63,018 nucleotides of DNA, from IMG/VR virus record IMGVR_UViG_3300009119_000001, positions 1 through 63,018 of that record, one strand, 5' to 3'. Below the pieces are notes generated by a model. That model worked only from the letters and a program-made list of their open reading frames with translations, searched no databases and was not told the DNA's origin. This document shows positions 1-10,252 of the stretch, piece by piece. Positions within the stretch are counted from its first letter, which is position 1; each line of letters opens with the position of its first letter. The translations under genes were made by a program, and so were the position numbers. This DNA is from an uncultured virus (IMG/VR IMGVR_UViG_3300009119_000001). Its lineage: Duplodnaviria; Heunggongvirae; Uroviricota; Caudoviricetes.

Positions 1-91
1 CTGTGGGTTTATTGCTGATAAAATTGATGTTGAGTTTTGAGGTATAGCTAAGCTCGCTGAATCCGCTCCAATCCCTAATCCGGTTATGCCC
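1..91. repeat. 91-bp direct terminal repeat, left copy (circular assembly overlap)
   Basis: 1-91 is identical to 62928-63018, and an ORF reads in frame across the join. Confidence 0.97.
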
Positions 92-555
92 CCTGTAAGA
101 GAAGGTTCAGCCGCTGCACCAAAGCCAACTCCTGCAGCTTCTGTTGTTGTTGGGATTTCTTTAACCAAGGCGTCTTTACCAAACTCTGCCACATTTGAGC
201 CCAAGCCAAACCCACCTGCACCGCCTAGGCCCGCAGATAACGCCTTCATAGGATCCCCAGTAAGTGCATAGGCACCAGCACCGACAGCCAAACCAGCGGT
301 CAACGCGGAATTAAAGAGGCCAAACCCGCCCGGACCCAAAGCAAAACCTGCGGCTATCGGAGCTACTGTACCTAATACATCCCCCAAAAACCCTGCTTCA
401 GGCAACCCAGTTTCTGGATTAATAGTCAAGGAACCACCATGGGCTTTTGCTAATGCTTGAAGCCCTTCAACCTCTCTCGGCTGAATGTGAATAAGCATAG
501 AGTCGCCTCTACGCCCTAAACCTGCTAATCCTTGAGCCACCTGTGCTGTTGTCAT
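1..555 (-). CDS. 5' part of a 609-aa internal virion/ejection-type protein spanning the circular junction (continues 62927 to 61653)
   Basis: Absent from the ORF track. ATG at 555 with upstream AAGGA, no stop down to base 1, in frame with 61653..62840. Begins MTTAQVAQGLAGLGRRGDSMLIHIQPREV...TINPETGLPEAG followed by a Gly/Ala-rich hydrophobic stretch. Confidence 0.85.
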   Translation of the reverse strand, partial: MTTAQVAQGLAGLGRRGDSMLIHIQPREVEGLQALAKAHGGSLTINPETGLPEAGFLGDVLGTVAPIAAGFALGPGGFGLFNSALTAGLAVGAGAYALTGDPMKALSAGLGGAGGFGLGSNVAEFGKDALVKEIPTTTEAAGVGFGAAAEPSLTGGITGLGIGADSASLAIPQNSTSILSAINPQ

Positions 556-611
556 TTTTAAGTCCTTACTGTTTTCTGAATAATATCACGTAGTTAGCGC
601 CTGTACAAACG

Positions 612-1757
612 TTATTGCTGCACTTGAGTTACTTCTAATAACATGCCGGGTACTGCAGGTCTAGCGAATGTTGCAGTGCCGTTAGCCCCGGTTTGTGCTG
701 CTTTAGAAATGATACTCACGTTCGTTGAATCTGCTGCATAAATAATCTCAAAGTAGTCGTTCTTGGCCATGGATATAGTCCAAGACCACGCGGGTGCAAG
801 TACAGTTCCACTACCATTGAATGTAGTCTCAGTATTACTTCTGGGAACGTTAACGCCATTGTGCCTAGGCCATATCCATATCTTCTTGTTTGAGGCGCTA
901 CTACTTTCAACCTGTGCAGAAAATGAGAACTGATATAGTCCTGACGCCGGTACTACTATTCTGGACGTCGGTGTACCTCGAGTAACCCCATTACTAATGT
1001 CTGTAGTGTCAAAATTAATTGCATATGGCGTATAGATTACGGCAGGAGATTGTGTAGTGTTGTCTGAGAACACCCCGTAGTATTGCATCTGTTCAATTGT
1101 AGGACGGACAAAGATCACGCCTTCTGTTGCATGAGATGTAATGCATGCCGCTACTGGAATAACATTGTTTGGGGCTGTAGGTTTTACATTAGTCAGTCCA
1201 CCAGTTATTGTAGGTGACGCGTATAGCACATCCCCGGGAGTGAAGGCACTTGTGTTTAGCTCCCGAACAAATCCCCATGTAGTGCAGTACCCTTTTTGTC
1301 CGGAGTCCGGTAGGTCGTGCGTCATCACCCCTAGTATATAGAGAGACGATGGGGTTCCGTTGGCTAAGTATGGAGATACTAATAACGCATTTGGTGTTGC
1401 CCCCGCAAACCCAACAACAGTACCACTAGGGATTGTAGACCCTGTAGTGTTTCCTACCCGTGCGTAGATCTCTTCTCCAACCTGCTGGATAACTCCATAG
1501 TCCATACCAAGGTTAAGTGTTTTATCAGTTTCATTCCAGCCTAGCCTCGCCTCTTGGTTTGTGTAAACTGCGTCTTTACTGAAGTCAATAAAACTAAATG
1601 GGCCCCCGTTAGAAACAGCTGTAGTAAAATTATCTAACCTATTGAAGTACAAACGTAATACGTTATTCAATACATCAAAGTGAGTATGTCCATACTGTAT
1701 CGGAGCAATAGGTAAATTCGGTGCCGCTGGAGACTCTAACTTTCTAATCTGGGCCAT
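612..1757 (-). CDS. virion structural protein (tail-associated)
   Basis: 381 aa, beta-rich, lies between the tail nozzle-like gene and the internal virion genes. Confidence 0.6.
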   Translation of the reverse strand: MAQIRKLESPAAPNLPIAPIQYGHTHFDVLNNVLRLYFNRLDNFTTAVSNGGPFSFIDFSKDAVYTNQEARLGWNETDKTLNLGMDYGVIQQVGEEIYARVGNTTGSTIPSGTVVGFAGATPNALLVSPYLANGTPSSLYILGVMTHDLPDSGQKGYCTTWGFVRELNTSAFTPGDVLYASPTITGGLTNVKPTAPNNVIPVAACITSHATEGVIFVRPTIEQMQYYGVFSDNTTQSPAVIYTPYAINFDTTDISNGVTRGTPTSRIVVPASGLYQFSFSAQVESSSASNKKIWIWPRHNGVNVPRSNTETTFNGSGTVLAPAWSWTISMAKNDYFEIIYAADSTNVSIISKAAQTGANGTATFARPAVPGMLLEVTQVQQ

Positions 1758-1759
1758 GT

Positions 1760-3703
1760 TTATCCCCTACGTCCGTCTTGTCTTGCATCCACACGGGGCA
1801 TGCCTAGTTGCCATTGCACACCTACATCTGAGGAGCCTATCTTGAAACTCATTTGACGACCACGGGCCCTGACAAACACTTGATTTGTGTACTGATCGAT
1901 TGTTGCTTCAGTTATTACGCCTCGTGCAGTTGATATGTTGCTTGCGTTGTCGTACTCACTTGCCGCGCCCGGAAAGTTTCTAACCCCAATTGTCATAGTA
2001 ACCTCTGGAGTGAGGGCCTCACCAGTTACAGGGTTTGCAATATCAGAGCTAGTGAAGTTAACATCAGGGATAATACGACGGATTAACATAAAGTTGTCCC
2101 CATCTGAGATATCCACATCCGCTGACTGAATATAGCTTTCAATACCTACCGGCGGAGCACCTAACGGTTGCCCATCATTGTGCCCATCTTCGTGTTGGTA
2201 TATCCATCCATTATTAGCTGCGACCGGATAACTTGTGTTACCGGCATCGACCCATGAAGTTCTTTCGATTGTTCCAAAATACCAGATGTTTTCTGCGTAG
2301 TTATATATAACATACCTATCTATTTGAGAGGCGTTTGCAGAACAGTAGAACCAAACAACTTCATTGAACTGCGCGTTGCTTCCAGCAAAAAAGATCTGGC
2401 TTTGTGTACGGTTGATATTGCTAAATACGTACTGTCTCAATGTGCAAGGTAGCGTATCGACACGGCCAGAATAGGTGTAGAACTTATCATTGCCCATCCA
2501 GTAGGTTACGTTATTCGCGCCAGAGACCACATTTGGGCCGGCGATAGATACATGAGAGGACAGAGGTTGCTGTCCAAATACCTCAGAGGTGCCTAGGAAC
2601 TGCACGGAGTACAGTGATGTGTTAGTCCATATGAGAGTTTCTTGGCGGGTATTAATTGCAGTTACAATCTCAGAACCCGCCTGTAGTCTAAAAAACCCAG
2701 CGGTATTTGTCAGCTGTGGATCCCACACTTCTGGTTCCGGGCCGATATCAGGGTCTACGTTTGACCAACGTACCATCAACGGATCGTAATATCCTAAGTA
2801 TTCTGGAGGTAGCACATTTGGGTCGTATGTTGTACACCCTAAAGCCAGTAAGTGTCCAGTAGAGGCAAACAAAATCTTAGTTACTTGCTGTGGAACTGCC
2901 ACGGCTGATGCAATGGACTGCAACAAAACTGCCCTAGTACTAAAGGAGGTGTCGTACGCCCAGTAATATATGTCCCCACCAGATATGTTAAACAACAAGT
3001 CATTATTGAAGTTTTGGAACTGGACCAACCTTGCAGGTTGCCATATAGGGGTGGTAGTACCAGAACCCCATGTACTCCGGCCCCAGACTCCTGAGCTCCA
3101 TCCATAACCTGCAGTTACATTGTTATTGCCTATGTTTATTTGAAACTCGGCGGTTATCGCAGTCCCGCCTCCAGCTGCTACGGTGGACGATGCAGTTGTA
3201 AGAACAGTTATGTCAAACGCATTCGTTGTTACATTAGATACTACAAACTCTTTATTAAACTCATCATCTGGAATCCCGGCAAACCCAACAACTCCACTGA
3301 ATGTAACATAGTCCCCATCTATCGCACCATGCGCCGTTATAGTAACCGTTAGGGTTTTAGACCCGTTGGTTGAAGCGAAGCAATTATCAGTCGATGGAGA
3401 AGAGCCACTTGTATAGGTTTCACGAATTGGAGTAATATCAATCAAGTTAGATGACACTACCAGATAAATCTTTTTCTCAGTACCTACAGCAGTTAACAGT
3501 GCTCCGTCAGATGCAACCCAAGGGTATAATGCTCGCGCAGCCCCGATATATGGAATTGTTGTTTGTACGGTCCAACCCCCAATTTTTTCTGGAAAGCCTG
3601 AACGGAACCGTACTTTATCCATGTCATACCACCCGCCTTCACTAGCGTAATTGGTTTGGTCACGGTTCGCACCGGGTTTGAATACAAGTTTACTTAGTGC
3701 CAT
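1760..3703 (-). CDS. tail nozzle / packaged-DNA stabilization-like protein (P22 gp10 / T7 gp12-like role)
   Basis: About 647 aa from MALSKLVFKPG; beta-propeller-like W/Y-rich repeats; C-terminus RGRQMSFKI..WQLG.PRVD...DGRRG; position in the tail module. Confidence 0.65.
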   Translation of the reverse strand: MALSKLVFKPGANRDQTNYASEGGWYDMDKVRFRSGFPEKIGGWTVQTTIPYIGAARALYPWVASDGALLTAVGTEKKIYLVVSSNLIDITPIRETYTSGSSPSTDNCFASTNGSKTLTVTITAHGAIDGDYVTFSGVVGFAGIPDDEFNKEFVVSNVTTNAFDITVLTTASSTVAAGGGTAITAEFQINIGNNNVTAGYGWSSGVWGRSTWGSGTTTPIWQPARLVQFQNFNNDLLFNISGGDIYYWAYDTSFSTRAVLLQSIASAVAVPQQVTKILFASTGHLLALGCTTYDPNVLPPEYLGYYDPLMVRWSNVDPDIGPEPEVWDPQLTNTAGFFRLQAGSEIVTAINTRQETLIWTNTSLYSVQFLGTSEVFGQQPLSSHVSIAGPNVVSGANNVTYWMGNDKFYTYSGRVDTLPCTLRQYVFSNINRTQSQIFFAGSNAQFNEVVWFYCSANASQIDRYVIYNYAENIWYFGTIERTSWVDAGNTSYPVAANNGWIYQHEDGHNDGQPLGAPPVGIESYIQSADVDISDGDNFMLIRRIIPDVNFTSSDIANPVTGEALTPEVTMTIGVRNFPGAASEYDNASNISTARGVITEATIDQYTNQVFVRARGRQMSFKIGSSDVGVQWQLGMPRVDARQDGRRG

Positions 3704-3968
3704 TATTCTGTTCTTTCGGTGCTTGTACTGCATCTATTAAGGCATTGTGCCTTTCACGGCACTCATTATACTCTGATGCCCAACGAAGCATAGTAGAGAA
3801 GACCATAGCGCCTGTAGTGCCTTCGTGCTTACTTAGTTCCGGACACTTCGCCAGTAGGTTCTGCTGTACTGGATTTACCGGCTCTGGCTGCTTCAATGAG
3901 GCGCAACCCATCAGCGTCAAGGCACTCAGAGTGATACACATCACGGTTAATAATTTTAAGTTTTTCAC
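3690..3968 (-). CDS. o-spanin (Rz1-like lipoprotein)
   Basis: Signal peptide with lipobox LMGC, Pro/Cys-containing mature part, overlaps the 3' half of the i-spanin in another frame. Confidence 0.8.
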   Translation of the reverse strand: MKNLKLLTVMCITLSALTLMGCASLKQPEPVNPVQQNLLAKCPELSKHEGTTGAMVFSTMLRWASEYNECRERHNALIDAVQAPKEQNNGTK

Positions 3969-4188
3969 GTTCTATTACCCTCTCATTGGCACGTAGATCA
4001 GCTAGTTTGTTCTCCAGTATCTGCGCTTTACCTGCTTCATTCACCCGGTACTCAGCAATCATAGCGTCACGAGCCTCCATAATGGCAAGATCACGCTCTG
4101 CTACAAACGCGGCCTTTACTCTCCATCCTGCACCAAATGCGGCAATAATTACCGCAAGTAAAATAATCAGCTGTGCTTTTAAAGTCAT
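3829..4188 (-). CDS. i-spanin (Rz-like)
   Basis: N-terminal TM helix, coiled coil, C-terminal Cys; follows the holin and endolysin. Confidence 0.8.
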   Translation of the reverse strand: MTLKAQLIILLAVIIAAFGAGWRVKAAFVAERDLAIMEARDAMIAEYRVNEAGKAQILENKLADLRANERVIEREKLKIINRDVYHSECLDADGLRLIEAARAGKSSTAEPTGEVSGTK

Positions 4189-4397
4189 TTTGCCACGCCT
4201 GTGGTTGTCATAAAGCGCAGTATAACGTTAACGCCTGAAGTAACCGCAATAATTGCTAAAAACACACGGGGATCAAAGTACCCTTGAATCAAACTTAACG
4301 ACGCCTCTATTGCTGCGCCCACGCCGACTAATACGTTGAACCATACCATCTTTGAACGGTACCAAGGTTTAGATGAAACTATAGGTTGGTTTTCCAT
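4185..4397 (-). CDS. holin
   Basis: 70 aa, KPWYRSK..W start and two TM segments, between endolysin and spanins. Confidence 0.75.
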   Translation of the reverse strand: MENQPIVSSKPWYRSKMVWFNVLVGVGAAIEASLSLIQGYFDPRVFLAIIAVTSGVNVILRFMTTTGVAK

Positions 4398-4803
4398 TTT
4401 TAAAGCTCGCTTTCATTACTTGTTTACGCATTGTAGGGGCGAAGGATATATGCACCCAAGTTCCTTCTTCTATGATTTGATCAAACTTCAGATTACTATT
4501 TTTAAGTTTTTCTACCACTTGCAATGGCGTTCCAAACGCAGGGCATATAAAATCAACCGCCCAGCCATTAACATGCGCTGATGTTGCCGACCCGCCTACG
4601 GCACGGTTGAGTGCTGGGCTTCTGTAACCAGAAGAGATTGTAATTGGTTTGTTATCTAGCAGTGCACGCACAGTTTCCATATTGGCTGCAACAATGGTTA
4701 AGTTGTTTTTAACTACTGCATCAGGTGTGTTATCAATACTTTTACGGGCCGCTGTCTGTGACTGCGTAAACTCGGCTAAATTAAAATGCTCGGATAGTTT
4801 CAT
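4369..4803 (-). CDS. endolysin, peptidase M15A family
   Basis: LSEHFNLAEF, SSGYRSPALNRAVGG, SAH..G.AVD and WVHIS zinc-peptidase motifs. Confidence 0.9.
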   Translation of the reverse strand: MKLSEHFNLAEFTQSQTAARKSIDNTPDAVVKNNLTIVAANMETVRALLDNKPITISSGYRSPALNRAVGGSATSAHVNGWAVDFICPAFGTPLQVVEKLKNSNLKFDQIIEEGTWVHISFAPTMRKQVMKASFKNGKPTYSFI

Positions 4804-4804
4804 A

Positions 4805-5563
4805 TTAATACCTTATAACTACCACACCAGCAGCACCACTACCTCCAGTGCCATTACCCCAACCCCCACCAGTTTGTGATGCAGCTGCGCCACCGCCACC
4901 GGAACCATAGCCCGTACCACTACCACCCGGAACAGCTGGACCCGGATAAGTACCGCCAGCACCTCCAGTACCTATAGGATTACTACCACCTGCACCCCCA
5001 CCCACTGCATTAAACGCTCCATATACATTCCCACCGTTAGTTGCTACCCCACTTGTGGGCGTACCAGCTGCGCCACCGCCACCCGCTCCTAAGTTATATC
5101 CGCTTACAGTAAACCCACCAGCACCGCCGGTAGAAGTATAAGCCCCAAACGTAGTGCTACCCCCCGAAGCCGCGGTACTCAAAGCAGAAGTGCCCGGCCC
5201 CGCCGCACCTATAGAGTAACTAAATGTCTGGCCGGGAGTTACTGGAATTGTAACTACTTGATACCCACCCGAACCACCACCGCCTGAGCCATAAGAAGGT
5301 TCACCATCGTTTTCTTGAGATCCTGCACCGCCACCACCGCCACCAACAATAGTAGCTTCTATCTGATAAACGTCAGCGGGCACTGTGAACGTACCTGTTC
5401 CAGTAGCAATCGTTTGTGTTCCTGTATATCTGTAATACAGCAAACGCCATGAGCCGGCGTTCTTAATCCATACCGCTTTAGCAGCGCGCCATACACCCCC
5501 CGCCCTTACGTTGGGCTGGGTTATTGTTTGCCATGTACCACTTTGTCTAACGTAAATAGTCAT
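4805..5563 (-). CDS. glycine-rich tail fibre-associated protein
   Basis: GTFTVPA..VGGGGGG glycine-rich domain; likely start MTIYVR. Confidence 0.7.
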   Translation of the reverse strand: MTIYVRQSGTWQTITQPNVRAGGVWRAAKAVWIKNAGSWRLLYYRYTGTQTIATGTGTFTVPADVYQIEATIVGGGGGGAGSQENDGEPSYGSGGGGSGGYQVVTIPVTPGQTFSYSIGAAGPGTSALSTAASGGSTTFGAYTSTGGAGGFTVSGYNLGAGGGGAAGTPTSGVATNGGNVYGAFNAVGGGAGGSNPIGTGGAGGTYPGPAVPGGSGTGYGSGGGGAAASQTGGGWGNGTGGSGAAGVVVIRY

Positions 5564-5565
5564 AG

Positions 5566-6375
5566 TTAGTATTGATACCAAATATCGCCGTCAGCGCCAC
5601 CTGTAGGGCCAGAAGTAGATACAGTGCGGGCGCCAACAGAGTTTGAACCTACAACATTTGTGTTAATAGTTGTTCCGGAAATTGCCCCACCAGTAATATT
5701 TACGTTATTCGCATTCTGTGTTGATATTGTACCCAAAGCCCCGGTTGCTGCAGTGATAGCGGCGGAAGTAAAAGCAGTTGTTGCCACTTTTGTAGAGTTA
5801 TCCCCCGCGGTTTGTGTAGTTGCTACTGTAGCAGATGCGATTGTGCCTGTTAGGGTTCCTGTAACGTTACCCGTTACATTACCAGTTAAGTTAGCAGTTA
5901 TTGTGCCAGCAGCAAAGTTGCCCGAAGCGTCACGAAGCACTAGTGTATTTGCAGTATTGGTCGAAGCTGATGCGCGACCTACCAGTCGGAAGTCGTTTGA
6001 TGTTGTATCGTAGTATGCGAGGTATACTTCACCCGCTGGAACCGTTAAGCCTGTAGATATAGATGTTTTCAGAACTACTACAGCATCAGAACCGTTTGCA
6101 ATCACATATAGTTTACTCACAGCTGGAGCAACGACATTTCTGGAAACGCCCGGGGTACCTACCACACGGAGTGCGGCACAGCGTGCCTGATCAGTTGTAC
6201 CATTAAAGTCGGTAAGGGTTACATTAGCTGCAGTAACATCAATCGTGGCGGTACCTGCAATGGCCTGCTCAATAAGCGTACCTAAGTTAATGTTAGTCGT
6301 ATTGCCCCAAGTACCAGACTGATCGCCCGTTCCTATAAGTTCAATACGTAATATCGGTGAAAATGAACTTGCCAT
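5566..6375 (-). CDS. tail fibre protein
   Basis: GDQSGTWG..TN.NL N-terminus, LVLRDASGNF, GNVTGNVTG repeats, DNSTKVATTAF and GDIWYQY tail-fibre motifs. Confidence 0.75.
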   Translation of the reverse strand: MASSFSPILRIELIGTGDQSGTWGNTTNINLGTLIEQAIAGTATIDVTAANVTLTDFNGTTDQARCAALRVVGTPGVSRNVVAPAVSKLYVIANGSDAVVVLKTSISTGLTVPAGEVYLAYYDTTSNDFRLVGRASASTNTANTLVLRDASGNFAAGTITANLTGNVTGNVTGTLTGTIASATVATTQTAGDNSTKVATTAFTSAAITAATGALGTISTQNANNVNITGGAISGTTINTNVVGSNSVGARTVSTSGPTGGADGDIWYQY

Positions 6376-6407
6376 GATTTAATCCTTTGTATTTTCTCAA
6401 TTTTACA

Positions 6408-8459
6408 CTATTGCTGCGTGTCGTCAACAGGGCCCCAGTTTGGGTTTTGGGGTGTGTCAATACCATTCCAGTTAGGGTTTTGAGAGTCATTAATGTTCCC
6501 CCACAAAGCTAACTGAGCATCATCTAGTGCATACCACCCTCTGTTTATGTACTGGTCTGTGAGCATGACTGGCTCTAGCACTACATCATTAAACTTGTAC
6601 CCCCCGGGTACCATGTCAGTTAGTGTAATGTATTCAGACACTGTAGTTATAAAGGCTATGCTAAATACATTTGTATCAGTTAGCGTCTGTGTTTCTGTAA
6701 TAGTGTTGGGATATCTTTTACCCCCTGATTCATTTGATGTGAGGGTTGTTGTCTCTGAAAGAGATACCACTGTGGCTGAGGCAGAAGTCTGCGTGTTCGA
6801 TAGCGTCTGTAGGTCTGTCAGTGCAACCGCGTAGAACCGGCCACCCCTGAATGAATCTGATACCGTTAGCCCCTCTGAAACCGATGATGCCCCTGCACCT
6901 GTACCTGTTTGTGCATCGCTTAGTGTTTCTGATTCCGTGATGGAATGTCGAAAAGAACCTATAGCTGTTTGAGAATTTGTTAGTGTTGTTGATTCTGATA
7001 CGGTATTTACAGAGGTTAGAATCGCGCTTATGGATTCAGATAGGGTGAAGGTTTCTGTTATTTCTTCTAAACTAAATGTCCACCCTGAATTATTCCCTGC
7101 ATCCGTGTTGCCGTTTATTGTTAAGGCATCAAATACAGCCCCGCCGGTAGCATCTATATCTTGGATCGTGTTGTAACTAACACTGACTGTACCCGTGCTT
7201 TGGAATATGGTGGCTTGAGACCCCGCCAAATCTGAGCTTAATGTTACTATATTACCTACAGTACCTGAAAGATTCCAATTTGAAACTGTTGTGGTGGTAA
7301 ATGCCTCTAGTAATACAGTAAATGCGGAAGTTTTTGTACTTGAAACAGTACCAAAAGTGGTACTCGTAAAAATAGTAGTGGTACATATATTGCTTCCGGC
7401 AAACGTTAGGTTGCCAAAGGTTAGCCCACCTCCTGAAAATGTTCTTGCAGTAGTGCTTGTATCTAACAACGTAATATTTGTCACAGGGAATGTCAGCCCT
7501 GTAGGGGTAGCCCCACTAAATATAGTTCCTGAGCCAGTAAGTGTTACTCCACCAGAAGTGTTAGATAGCGCTCTAGTAGCTGTCCCAGTAACATATAGGG
7601 CTTGGCAAGACACTGCCTTACTATTTAGATCAAAGGTACCCGCCGTTAATGTAACCCGTTGAGTGCCTGTAAACGCATCTTGAAGCTGTGTCAGATTTCC
7701 AGTGCCATTTATGTTAATTCTTTGGCCAAATGAAACCCCGTTTGTGGTAATCCGTTGTATCCCGGAAGTGGCCCTAAATGATGTTGTCTGTGACGAAGAA
7801 GTGACAGTCATCCCTGAAGATATTGTTAAATCCCCATATATAATCCTGTTAGTTCCACTTACTGATCCTGAAAACCCTGTAAAGTCTACTGATTTAAAAC
7901 TTCCGTTTAATACAACTGCATCTGAACTCGCTGTGATATTTATATTGACCACATTAGATTCTATTGCACCGGACACAGACCCAAAAAGCACTGATCGACC
8001 TGCCCCACCGGGAGAGGTTAGGTTTACAGTAGGGGTTCCTGTGTATGCAAAATTATCTGCGGAGCCTATAGACACCACGGTGCCCGTTGTTCCGCTTACG
8101 TCTATCCTACCAGTACCAAATACCACTGTTCTTGCATTGACTGCGCTAGATAAAAACGACCCACAAGTTAGAACGTTGTTATTTAGGGTTAGTGTTCCTC
8201 GAGTGAAGTTCACCGCAGTAGCTACTGAAAAATTTAACCCAAGGCTTAGATTAAATGTGCTCGATGAATGGGAAATGCCTACGCACGCTGCTCCGGACGC
8301 AACTACAACTATCCCGGAGCCGGACAGTGAGTCAATAAATACTGTATCAGCGGTAGTAGGTACAGATGCCCCGCCGGCGCCGCCGGAAGTTGTGGACCAA
8401 TTTGTGGTATTTGACCCATCCCAAGTACCTGATCCACCAACCCAATAGCGGTTTGCCAT
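6408..8459 (-). CDS. tail fibre/spike-like protein (beta-helix-like, S/T/G-rich)
   Basis: MANRYWVGGSGTWD start, WSTTSGGAGGASVP motif, C-terminal (S/T)E..TL(S/T)D repeats of about 21 aa. Confidence 0.65.
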   Translation of the reverse strand: MANRYWVGGSGTWDGSNTTNWSTTSGGAGGASVPTTADTVFIDSLSGSGIVVVASGAACVGISHSSSTFNLSLGLNFSVATAVNFTRGTLTLNNNVLTCGSFLSSAVNARTVVFGTGRIDVSGTTGTVVSIGSADNFAYTGTPTVNLTSPGGAGRSVLFGSVSGAIESNVVNINITASSDAVVLNGSFKSVDFTGFSGSVSGTNRIIYGDLTISSGMTVTSSSQTTSFRATSGIQRITTNGVSFGQRININGTGNLTQLQDAFTGTQRVTLTAGTFDLNSKAVSCQALYVTGTATRALSNTSGGVTLTGSGTIFSGATPTGLTFPVTNITLLDTSTTARTFSGGGLTFGNLTFAGSNICTTTIFTSTTFGTVSSTKTSAFTVLLEAFTTTTVSNWNLSGTVGNIVTLSSDLAGSQATIFQSTGTVSVSYNTIQDIDATGGAVFDALTINGNTDAGNNSGWTFSLEEITETFTLSESISAILTSVNTVSESTTLTNSQTAIGSFRHSITESETLSDAQTGTGAGASSVSEGLTVSDSFRGGRFYAVALTDLQTLSNTQTSASATVVSLSETTTLTSNESGGKRYPNTITETQTLTDTNVFSIAFITTVSEYITLTDMVPGGYKFNDVVLEPVMLTDQYINRGWYALDDAQLALWGNINDSQNPNWNGIDTPQNPNWGPVDDTQQ

Positions 8460-8482
8460 TTACGGGGCCTTTAAGTTAATTA

Positions 8483-9043
8483 CTACGCTGCAGTGGCAGT
8501 GTAGGATACGTTGATTGTGTCGCCGTTAGCAACCGTACGAGAGCCACCTGTAAAATCGCCCACACTAAACAGTGTACCTGTTGTGCTGTCTTTAGTCGCA
8601 GAGCCCCCGATATTGATAAAGGCGCCAGCTACAGTGCCTGAGCTTGTCATCGAAAAGATAACTGCAACGCTGGTTGCTTTTGCACCTGCGGCAGCTGCAC
8701 CGAATGTAGGTGTAGGTCGAGTACCTGTGTATGCAGGAGCGTTAGTACCACCAACTTCTAACCAACCAGCATGAGACACCTGAGTGTCACCAACTGCGGC
8801 AGTGCCGGTACCTTTGAGGCCCATAACAACTGCTCCTGCAGCGGCATTACCCAACACCGTATCCATTGTTAAATTCTTACCGACTGTAGTAACTAAGTTG
8901 TGAATCTCGTCGTCCCACTTACGGTTGCCAGAAGCGTCTAAACACTCTACAGTATAATAACCATTCAACTGCATAGCGTCCTCGGCACCAACACCGCGCA
9001 CAAGAGTGGCGGTAGTAACATCACCTACTTTAATATTTTCCAT
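8483..9043 (-). CDS. virion structural protein (tail)
   Basis: HNLVTTVGKN motif, RBS GGAG, tail module context. Confidence 0.55.
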   Translation of the reverse strand: MENIKVGDVTTATLVRGVGAEDAMQLNGYYTVECLDASGNRKWDDEIHNLVTTVGKNLTMDTVLGNAAAGAVVMGLKGTGTAAVGDTQVSHAGWLEVGGTNAPAYTGTRPTPTFGAAAAGAKATSVAVIFSMTSSGTVAGAFINIGGSATKDSTTGTLFSVGDFTGGSRTVANGDTINVSYTATAA

Positions 9044-9052
9044 GAAAAACTC

Positions 9053-9472
9053 CTATAAAATCCTGATTATCGCATTTGTTGCGTCTGCTGTTGGGAACGT
9101 AATTGTAAACACAGTGCTCGTAGTTATTGTTTCACCAAAGTTTAATACTGCTACCGCGGCGTTCGTTGTCGCATTGTAAATCAACGCGCCTTTAACTGAG
9201 AACCCTGCTGGGTCCCATGTCACATTACCAAACGATGTTAGTGCAGTAGTACCTGATGATGTTGGTACGGTCGGAGTTAATGTCTTACCCCCAGCTATAT
9301 AGCCCGTACCTGACGTTTCACCTAGTATGGAGTACTGTGTCGTACTGGCATCAAGCTCTGCGATGTCTGTGTAAAGTGCAATCTTATAAACGTAAGGAGA
9401 ACCAGTGTTAAAATTCTCCAACCCCTTCAACAGGTTCGTTTTAAATACTGTACATAATGTTTGAGTTATCAT
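9053..9472 (-). CDS. virion structural protein (tail)
   Basis: YKIALYT..GY.AGGKTLT..GALIYN motif; tail module context. Confidence 0.55.
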   Translation of the reverse strand: MITQTLCTVFKTNLLKGLENFNTGSPYVYKIALYTDIAELDASTTQYSILGETSGTGYIAGGKTLTPTVPTSSGTTALTSFGNVTWDPAGFSVKGALIYNATTNAAVAVLNFGETITTSTVFTITFPTADATNAIIRIL

Positions 9473-10098
9473 ACGACTGGCACCCTAACTTGACCGTTTC
9501 TATATGCGTCACGTCTATTTTTACCGTCACCAAGTTGTTTGAGCATGCCCATAGCACTGTCAAATTGTTTTTGGTATTGTGCAATAACGTCTGGTTCACC
9601 CTTCATGTACGTGTACGCTTCGAGCAATGAGCCATACAATAGAACGGAATCAAAGTTATCGCCAACCCAAGACGTGCCAGCAGTAACAATAGACTCAGGG
9701 TAATAAAAGTAATGAAGTTCCATATCGTAATTCGCATCGGGCGTCGGGCCCAATAGGAATGTGTTTTGGTCGAACTGCGCATAGTACTCTGGTAAGCCCT
9801 CATCTGTAGGTGACGGATAAGCTTCTCTAATGAAGTTCACGTCTTTATCCAAAAGGTATTTAAAGTTACCTGTGCCATCAATAACAGCCAAGCTGAATGT
9901 AGCTAACCAATCCGTAGGAGTAGACAAATACTTATTCCCATCAGTCAATGTGCCTATCACATTCTTACGCAAAACTGGAAGCTGGATGCTGTTGTATATG
10001 CGCTGCTCAGCCTGATCTATGAAACGATCTACATCTACCGTCTCAAATTGATTTTCGACTGTGCTCTGTATGGCAGCGACTAATTGGGTATAGTTCAT
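9469..10098 (-). CDS. head-tail adaptor-like protein
   Basis: MNYTQL..FIDQAEQRIY..G.PEYYA..LGPTPD..LLYGSLLEAY pattern. Confidence 0.6.
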   Translation of the reverse strand: MNYTQLVAAIQSTVENQFETVDVDRFIDQAEQRIYNSIQLPVLRKNVIGTLTDGNKYLSTPTDWLATFSLAVIDGTGNFKYLLDKDVNFIREAYPSPTDEGLPEYYAQFDQNTFLLGPTPDANYDMELHYFYYPESIVTAGTSWVGDNFDSVLLYGSLLEAYTYMKGEPDVIAQYQKQFDSAMGMLKQLGDGKNRRDAYRNGQVRVPVV

Positions 10099-10106
10099 GC
10101 TTTACC

Positions 10107-10250
10107 TTACTGACTATTCTTACTGTAGCCTGTACCTTTAGTAGCTGCACCCGTACCACGTTTCTTTTTAGTTTGGGTATTCGCTACATTGTTTGGGTAG
10201 CCAGATGTATTAGGCACTGGCACTTCCTGTGGTTTTTTATACTCAGCCAT
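10107..10250 (-). CDS. small basic protein (47 aa)
   Basis: Absent from the ORF track. MAEYKKPQEV...KKKRGTGAATKGTGYSKNSQ; fills the gap between neighbouring genes. Confidence 0.7.
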   Translation of the reverse strand: MAEYKKPQEVPVPNTSGYPNNVANTQTKKKRGTGAATKGTGYSKNSQ

Positions 10251-10252
10251 GA

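Noticed and set aside
1-91. Terminal repeat as a biological T7-like DTR
   Set aside because: It falls inside a coding sequence and is most simply an assembly overlap
7291-8448. Long plus-strand ORFs opposite tail genes (also 55514..56083 and 56804..57613)
   Set aside because: Antisense shadows of real minus-strand genes caused by codon bias
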